From: Candidatus Bathyarchaeota archaeon
GTDB taxonomy: Archaea; Thermoproteota; Bathyarchaeia; Bathyarchaeales; Bathycorpusculaceae
NCBI GenBank assembly: GCA_963767735.1
Contig: CAVYES010000005.1
Span: 224,001 to 288,000 of the forward strand
Length of the DNA stretch: 64,000 nucleotides
Direction: 5' to 3'
Shown one piece after another: positions 58,698-64,000 of this stretch (within the stretch, counting starts at the first letter, position 1; the number at the start of each line of letters is the position of its first letter). The notes beneath the pieces are model-generated. The model was not told where the DNA came from. It was given only the letters and a program-made list of their open reading frames with translations, and ran no database searches. The translations under genes were made by a program, and so were the position numbers.

Positions 58698-59418
58698 TTT
58701 CCATCTGCCCCAGTTTATCTAAAACCTTCTCAACTTCACTTCTAATCGACTCAATCCTTTTCTCAGCCTCAGTTTTAGCGTCAGGCTTTTCCTCCGGAGG
58801 CTTGCGCTTCTTTTTCTGCTTTTCCTCCCCTGCCTCTTCTTCTTCCTCCTCATCACTTTTTTCTATCTGCGAAACGGGTGCTTGAGTCGGTAATTTTACA
58901 GGTATCTCTCTTATCGGTTTAACATCAATCTTCGTTCTTAGCTCTTCAACCTTTGAGGTTAATTCACCGAAACGTTCACTGAACAGCTTCATTAAATCTT
59001 CCTGCATGCCCTCAAGATCATGCAAAGCAACTATTGTTTCATCTTTCGAAATGGATTCTTTGATAGACATCATCCTAGCCTTGTAGCTTGCCGCAAGCTT
59101 TTCTCTCTCTGCCTCCGAGATTTTTCCTTCCGCTTGCGCTTCATATAAGCGCCGTAGTGCATCACTTAAAATCTCTCGTTCTAAATCGAGCATCCGCAGT
59201 TCATCTTTTGCGTTAGAAGCCGTTGTTGTTTGGACGCTTTTGGAGACTCTGAATGGCGAAGCTCCATATTCAAGGAGCGGATCATTATCTGTTTTTTGAG
59301 GTTTTTTCTGCTTGGGTTTATTGCCCAGTTTTCTCATGGAAAAAATCACTGTTCCGCAGGCGACGATTATCACTACCGCTACCGCAGTGACTATTACCGG
59401 GTCATCATACCAAGCCAT
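58687..59418 (-). CDS. Membrane-anchored coiled-coil hypothetical protein
   Basis: N-terminal TM, helical core, acidic/basic linker and C-terminal amphipathic helix; overlaps the rpiA start. Confidence 0.75.
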   Translation of the reverse strand: MAWYDDPVIVTAVAVVIIVACGTVIFSMRKLGNKPKQKKPQKTDNDPLLEYGASPFRVSKSVQTTTASNAKDELRMLDLEREILSDALRRLYEAQAEGKISEAEREKLAASYKARMMSIKESISKDETIVALHDLEGMQEDLMKLFSERFGELTSKVEELRTKIDVKPIREIPVKLPTQAPVSQIEKSDEEEEEEAGEEKQKKKRKPPEEKPDAKTEAEKRIESIRSEVEKVLDKLGQMEIES

Positions 59419-59670
59419 GCCAAGCTGTCCTCGATATCTTGATTGCGCACCATGTATATATAAATTAATACAAGCAGTCCACACGGTTTTCCAACTTTAA
59501 ATATTGAAAACCGCAGCATGCTGTTTTACTTTTTCACTCGCGCTTTTTCAAGACATCATAGCATGAAAACGAATGGCAGCCAGACAAAACAACTGAGAAC
59601 CATTGTAATTGATATAGAACTGGACCCTGAAAATTCATAAATGCGGAGAGAAAGGGTGCTGTTTTTCGGT

Positions 59671-60087
59671 TTAGCCTACGATCTGCGTTATTTTTTTGAT
59701 GATGCCTTTTTCTATCTCGCGAGTCCACAGCATCTCAGGCACGTCAACGACGAGAAACAGCATCTACGTTAAGAGTGCTTCGATTGCTGCCACTGCCAAG
59801 TTCTGGACCCATTTGCCTATGCCTACATGGATTGTAAAATCATTGGGCTGCCCCGCTATGAGGATAGTGAATGCTCTGTCCGCAGTAATGATATCCCGCA
59901 GAACCCCTGCCTTCTGCGCTTGAATAATTATTCCCAAAGGCACTGTTTTCGACTGTGTTTTGTAGCCTTCGGCTGATAGTTGTTGAACGATCTGCTGTGA
60001 TAACTGAGTCAGGTCTTTGTTTTTTCCTTGAAAATGCAATATTTTCTCAGACACTACTTGATCAGGTTCCAAACTAAACCTCAACAT
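59671..60087 (-). pseudogene. Hypothetical protein interrupted by an in-frame TAG at 59764-59766
   Basis: Frame continues MLFLVVDVPEMLWTREIEKGIIKKITQIVG after the amber codon. Confidence 0.6.
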
Positions 60088-60289
60088 TAAGTTGGAGTAG
60101 CGACGAATTAATAGTTTTTCAAGACCCTCAAGATGAGAATGCCATTGCTAATTATTCCGACGATTCCACCGATTATTATCAGCCCAAACAATTTAATGGC
60201 AGGCAATCTGCTCCAACAGGATAATTTATCTTTAGCAAGTTACCACTTTCTCTGTAGGCAAAACCCTGCATTTGTGAGTTTAGAGCGAA

Positions 60290-61525
60290 ATGGTTACTGA
60301 AGAGAACCCCAGGCTTGTTGTTTTCGACGTTGAAGGAGTGCTGATTCCGAAAAACCGCTTCTTTTTCGAAGTGGGAAAAACCTTAGGCTTCGTTAAGCTG
60401 GTCAGGATCCTTTTTTTCGGTTTACTCTATGAAGCAGGCATTTTAAAGTTACAGTCAGTGCTGAGGCACGTTTTTGAAGAATCAAAAGGGGTTGAGCTTG
60501 AAACTTTAACTTGCATTTTTGAAAAAATTCCTTCGACGCCCCTTTTAAAAAATATTTTTTCTCAAATAAAAATGAGAAACTGCAAAATTGCCTTGATTAG
60601 CTCAGGGTTGCCAACGGTTATTGTTAAAAAATTAGCTGACGAATTATGTGCAGATTACGCTTATGGCATTGAAGTTGAAACCAGAGATGGCAAGTTGACC
60701 GGTAAAATCTGGGGTGACGCCATTGAGCCAGAGGGGAAACTGAAAATTTTATCGCAAATTTTAACAGCCGAAAACTTACGGTTAAGCGATTGCATCGTTG
60801 TTGCTGATGACAGAAATAACCGGTGCATTTTTTTGCCTGGAATGTTAAAAATCGGTTTTAACCCCGATTTTGTTATAAGAGTTAAAGCTGACAGGGTAGT
60901 GAATGGCAAACTTTCTGCTATCTTGCCCATTATTGATGGGAAACCGCATAAACGTTCTTTTCCGTCAACAAACGACTTTCTCAGAGAAGATATTCATGCT
61001 TCCGGATTTTTTGTGCCAGTTATCGCCTCTTTAATCGGCGTGCCCACAGTTGGCATTTTAATTTTCGGGACAGCCTTGATATACACAGTATCGGAAATTT
61101 GGCGTTTAGAAGGAAGAGAATTATCATTCATTTCGGCGATTACACGCCACGCTGCCAATCAATCAGAATTACGCGGCTTCGCTGCAGCACCCCTTTACTT
61201 TGCTTTTGGCATTGTGTTTACTTTACTTGTGTTTCCTGCCCCGGCAAGTTACGCTGCTATCGCTATGTTTTGCTTAGGCGACAGCGTGGCCTCGCTTTTT
61301 GGCGGTCTTATTTCAACGTCGTTACCATTTAACAAGGGGAAAACCTGGGAAGGCTCCCTATCTGGTTTCTTTTTTGCGTTTTTAGCTGGCTCGTTTTTTG
61401 TTCATCCATTATTTGCTTTTATTGGTGCCGCGATTGCTATGACCGTGGAGGTTCTTCCTTTGCCAGTGAATGACAATGTGCTGGTGCCAATTATTACGGG
61501 AGCGGCGTTGACGCTGTTAAGATAA
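60290..61525 (+). CDS. Fusion of a HAD (SerB-like) phosphatase and a dolichol/phytol-kinase-like membrane domain
   Basis: N-terminal FDVEGVL, ISSG and ADD; C-terminal REDIH, LGDSVASLFG, KTWEGSL and VNDNVLVP. Confidence 0.85.
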   Translation: MVTEENPRLVVFDVEGVLIPKNRFFFEVGKTLGFVKLVRILFFGLLYEAGILKLQSVLRHVFEESKGVELETLTCIFEKIPSTPLLKNIFSQIKMRNCKIALISSGLPTVIVKKLADELCADYAYGIEVETRDGKLTGKIWGDAIEPEGKLKILSQILTAENLRLSDCIVVADDRNNRCIFLPGMLKIGFNPDFVIRVKADRVVNGKLSAILPIIDGKPHKRSFPSTNDFLREDIHASGFFVPVIASLIGVPTVGILIFGTALIYTVSEIWRLEGRELSFISAITRHAANQSELRGFAAAPLYFAFGIVFTLLVFPAPASYAAIAMFCLGDSVASLFGGLISTSLPFNKGKTWEGSLSGFFFAFLAGSFFVHPLFAFIGAAIAMTVEVLPLPVNDNVLVPIITGAALTLLR

Positions 61526-61747
61526 TGGCGGTGTTGCCTAAAGATAATTTTTCAACAAATTATTTCTTGCCTCTCTTATTAATCACAGGCTTTTGTGGTG
61601 CTCAAGCCTACTTAAAACAATCAAAAACGACGTATTCTATATGCCAAGTCTCAATCTATGTTTTGATTCTATAAGGTGGTTCTTGTGCAAAATACAAAAA
61701 AACAGAAATAGGAACTCTCGGTCCTAATTGATTACGAGTGGGGCTTA

Positions 61748-62948
61748 TTGAAAAACGATTACGATATAATCATTGTAGGAGCTGGACCCGCTGGATTATC
61801 TACTGCTAAAGCTGTATCTGAAAAGGGTTTGCGTTGTCTTGTTTTAGATAAGAGTAGGGAAATTGGTTTTCCCGTGCGAACCAGTGGAGGTTCATGGATA
61901 CAGGATATGCTTGACCTCAAAATTCCAGAAACCTGTTACAATCCCGTCTCAGAAGTTTCATTCGTGGCACCAACTGAAAAGGCAACGCTTAGTTTTGACA
62001 AGCCTGTCGCATGTATTCTTGACGTGACTGAACTTAATAGATTTCTTGCTTGCCGCGCAAAACACTTCGGAACAGAACTTTTGCTTGAAAGTCAAGTTAA
62101 TGATGTATTAATCGAAGAAGGATTCGTAACTGGAGTAGAGGCAAATATTGACGGCAGAGTTCAAAAAATCCGTTCCAGAATAGTTGTTGACGCCTCAGGT
62201 TTGAGTGCTACACTGGCCAAAAAAGTTGGCTTACTTAAATATTGGCCAAGAGTAGCACTTGGAGTACAATTTGACGTAGCGTCACCTAAAATTAACCCGG
62301 AAAAAGTTGTGTTATACGTTGGAAACAAAATTGCCCCAGCAGGTTACGGATGGGTCTTTCCTTGGAAGAACAACAGAGCCAGAATAGGCGTCGGTATAAT
62401 AAGGCCCGATTCTTTCGCCAACCCGCTTAGGTATGCGCAAGACTTGTTGAATAACGATCAGCTAGTTGGACTAAAAAATGATTTCAAGATCTTAGGCAAA
62501 GAAGCAGGGGTCTTTCCGTCATCAGGTCCTCTTGAAAAAACCATCGCAAACGGTTTTGTGGCAGTTGGAGATTCAGCGGGTCAAGGTTCTCCGTTACACG
62601 GGGAAGGAATCAGATATGCAATCTACTTTGGCATTATGGCTGGTACAACCATATGCGACGCTTTTCAGAAAAAAAATTTTTCGACAAAAACCCTGCAAAA
62701 GTACGAAAAGAGCTTGGAGACAAAAAGAGGGAAGGAACTTCAGAATTGGGCTTGCCATCCAAAAACGGATATCAAAGTATGATGACGCTCAATGGGATTC
62801 AAGCGTGAGATACCTGGGAAAAATCGGATTAAACGACCCCGAAACCGTTATTCAATTATTTAGAACAGACTTCTCATACAGAAATCTCTGGCGAACTTTC
62901 CAGCACTCACCAATTCAAGCTCTAAAAACTCTTCTAAGAGGCATGTAA
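61748..62948 (+). CDS. Geranylgeranyl reductase-family flavoprotein, split by a 1-bp insertion near 62706-62709
   Basis: VGAGPAG, PAGYGWVFP and VGDSAGQGSPLHGEGI motifs; YERAWRQKEG tail continues in the next frame. Confidence 0.85.
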
Positions 62949-63082
62949 AACATACATTCCTGACTATGATAAAAAAAAGGCAAGTTTTGAAGTTTCTCTG
63001 TTCTCTGTATTATGTGTGCTACCATTGATTCTGTATTTTAGGAAAATATAACTTCAAAGAAAAAGATTGAGCTTGGAACCTA

Positions 63083-64000
63083 TCAGGGAGCCGGTGGTGG
63101 AGGCGGTGGAGGCGGCAGAGGTGTCTTTTGGCGTCTTCTAAGTAACATCAGAACGGCGATGACAACAACAATAACGGCTACCACGACGGCTATAGTCAAT
63201 ATTGGCAATTGTGCGGTTGCTGTCGAGCCGGTGGGCGAAGGGGTCGGCTGAGGCGATGTGCCATTCGCCAAGGTCAAGGAATCAACCAATAATGAGTAGC
63301 TTGCTATTTCATCTGTTAATTGTGGTGTGTCATCTGTGGGTGATGCAAAAAAATGTAAAGCGTCAGTAGGGGCAAACGAGGGAGTTAGCTCATCTGTGAA
63401 GTTCAACCCTATCACTGTTCCGTTACTGTTATAAAATGTTGCAACTACCCATGGATGTTGATCCACTTGAGTTCCATTGTTCAGAATGGTTCCGTCAATA
63501 TAATATGTGCCGTTGCCGGGAATGTAGGGAGCGCTGCCTCCTGGATTCGGAATTATCACACCGGCATATTGTCTGTCCTTTGTATCAGTAACTGAAGTAA
63601 CTGTAACTTGGACGGTGCTGACTGAAGAGACCCAGCTTAGGTCGGGTGTGGAACTGCTCGCCGCATTAAAGTCTAGGTAGAACGGAGCCTTTTGCCCAGG
63701 AAGCGTATCGTAAACGAATGCTTGGGTGGCGGTTTGTGCCAGCTCCGTTTCGGTTGAGCTGAAAGCGGTGCCTTGGATAGTTACGTTTCCTATGATGTTT
63801 GAACCCACATTCTCTACTTCACCTACCACAATCAAGTCGCCAGGTTCCGATGCTAAAACAGTGTTTGAAGGGGCAACATACCGGCTGTATGAGAGAACGG
63901 TGGCTTCAGATGTGGACGCTTTCACACTTCGCGTAGACAATAGGCTAAACGCAGCTAAAACTAAAATTGCGATAATTACAATAGTTGTTATTTTTTTCAA
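63083..64000 (-). CDS. Secreted FxLYD-type (Ig-like) surface protein with TM anchor and poly-Pro tail; start at window edge
   Basis: VVGEVENVG, LPGQKAPF and ATFYNSNGTVIG motifs; TM followed by RRRQK and PPPPPPPP. Confidence 0.75.
   Translation of the reverse strand: MKKITTIVIIAILVLAAFSLLSTRSVKASTSEATVLSYSRYVAPSNTVLASEPGDLIVVGEVENVGSNIIGNVTIQGTAFSSTETELAQTATQAFVYDTLPGQKAPFYLDFNAASSSTPDLSWVSSVSTVQVTVTSVTDTKDRQYAGVIIPNPGGSAPYIPGNGTYYIDGTILNNGTQVDQHPWVVATFYNSNGTVIGLNFTDELTPSFAPTDALHFFASPTDDTPQLTDEIASYSLLVDSLTLANGTSPQPTPSPTGSTATAQLPILTIAVVVAVIVVVIAVLMLLRRRQKTPLPPPPPPPPAP

Noticed and set aside
1-64000. CRISPR array, rRNA, complete tRNA or provirus
   Set aside because: No regularly spaced repeats, RNA gene signatures, integrase or capsid/terminase genes were recognised by eye.

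Overview
Chromosomal fragment of an archaeon, most likely Bathyarchaeia/TACK (inferred from aIF2-alpha, archaeal-type shikimate genes, the LysW pathway, an ISH3-like IS and a PEF-CTERM protein). Bases 1-28 kb hold mixed accessory and housekeeping genes: a VapBC toxin-antitoxin pair, radical SAM, MscL, MFS, CorA, PadR-ABC and pyrF. Bases 28-57 kb form an amino-acid biosynthesis supercluster: an 11-gene Phe/Tyr operon (+), a convergent ilvBN-leuCDBA-pheA operon (-), an intact IS, and a lysW-X-Y-Z-J-K operon with a divergent Lrp/LysM regulator. The top finding is that both the aromatic and the branched-chain operons are preceded by short unannotated leader ORFs ending in runs of their own end-product codons (MSNCKSNKENNTSQSPSFDYYFYGYFS and MRDRHLNSWNLRVLVL), each followed by U-tracts and hairpins. 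This suggests ribosome-mediated, leader-peptide attenuation in an archaeon. Six genes between 42 and 63 kb carry single-base lesions that may be sequencing errors. No rRNA, complete tRNA or CRISPR array was seen.
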